From positions 1-64,000 of the forward strand of contig NW_020846816.1 in assembly GCF_003704095.1 (NCBI RefSeq): a DNA stretch of 64,000 nt, written 5' to 3'. The notes beneath the pieces were generated by a model, which did not search any database, was not told where the DNA came from, and saw only the letters and a list, made by a program, of their open reading frames with translations. Source of the stretch: Pocillopora damicornis (taxonomy: Eukaryota). The position numbers and the translations under genes were made by a program. Positions 63,226-64,000 of the stretch are shown piece by piece; positions within the stretch are counted from its first letter, which is position 1; every line of letters begins with the position of its first letter.

Positions 63226-64000
63226 ACACAGGGCAGAAGGGAGGTAAAGTGCTTAATCAGAGCAAAGGAAGGTAACAATGTGTATGGTCAGGTTTTGAAC
63301 TATTTTGCAGCTGAAAACTTCCAAAAAAAAAACATTTAGAAAATTGTTGGTTTGATTTAACCGAACACGCGATGGAATTTTCAGGTTAGGACACATTATC
63401 CTGCACACGATTAACGCGCTTTTGCCACTGCATAATTATTTAAGGCTATCCCAAATTTTGTATTTAGACATAATATCAATAGGCAATCACTACTTTTCTC
63501 GTGCAAATTGGAATGACCAAGCAATCATAAATTTTTCCCTAGACAACAAATTTCACCCGCCCCACAAGCTCGTGTACTTTAGTACGTCTTAGAAAGAAAT
63601 CACTTTTGCTCAAATACTCCAAATTACAATCGAAAGTATGTGATTTCCTGTAGTAATCCTACCAAGATCAAAGAACGCCTTCTTTACTCCAAAACATAAT
63701 GAGAATAGGACACGAGAAAAAGGAGAATTTCCGTCGACAAGTACCCTTTCCAAGTAACCTCTCTACCGACAGCAGCCGTTGGACCCTTTCAAACACTCAG
63801 ATCTTATATATATATATATCATAATTTCTTAACATTTCGACCTTTTGTTTCTAGCCTGAGGAAGCTACCCTTTTAGACTAGAACATTTCCTTGCCGTCTA
63901 TCATAAGAGGTACCAAATCCCCGCTGGGATGGAGAGTTGGAACGTCATCGCTACGAAAACATACAGCCGTGTATATACATTCGGCCATGAATAGCAAATG

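Overview
AT-rich, intron-rich animal genomic DNA with one 100-N assembly gap at 1080-1179. The repeat families and gene structures suggest an anthozoan cnidarian, probably a stony coral (inference). Five intact multi-exon genes were spliced by hand with consistent reading-frame phases: MTRFR/C12orf65 (+, 2 exons), CDK2AP1-family (-, 3 exons), CFAP119/CCDC189 (-, 13 exons, including a U12-type AT-AC intron), UBE3B (+, 32 exons, head-to-head with CFAP119) and an L3MBTL1/3/4-family gene (-, 17 coding exons). The window also has decayed histone H2A and H4 copies, LINE 3' ends, a Penelope-like remnant with a hammerhead ribozyme core, tRNA-derived SINEs, MITEs, palindromic repeats and minisatellites. 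The most notable item is a 1.45-kb TIR DNA transposon in UBE3B intron 7 (GG termini, 8-bp TSD, Merlin-like) with no transposase. It carries a 273-codon reading frame, broken by three point-mutation stops, encoding a Cys/His cluster, a coiled coil and a CCDC106-like C-terminal domain. All homology calls are from recalled protein motifs, not database searches.
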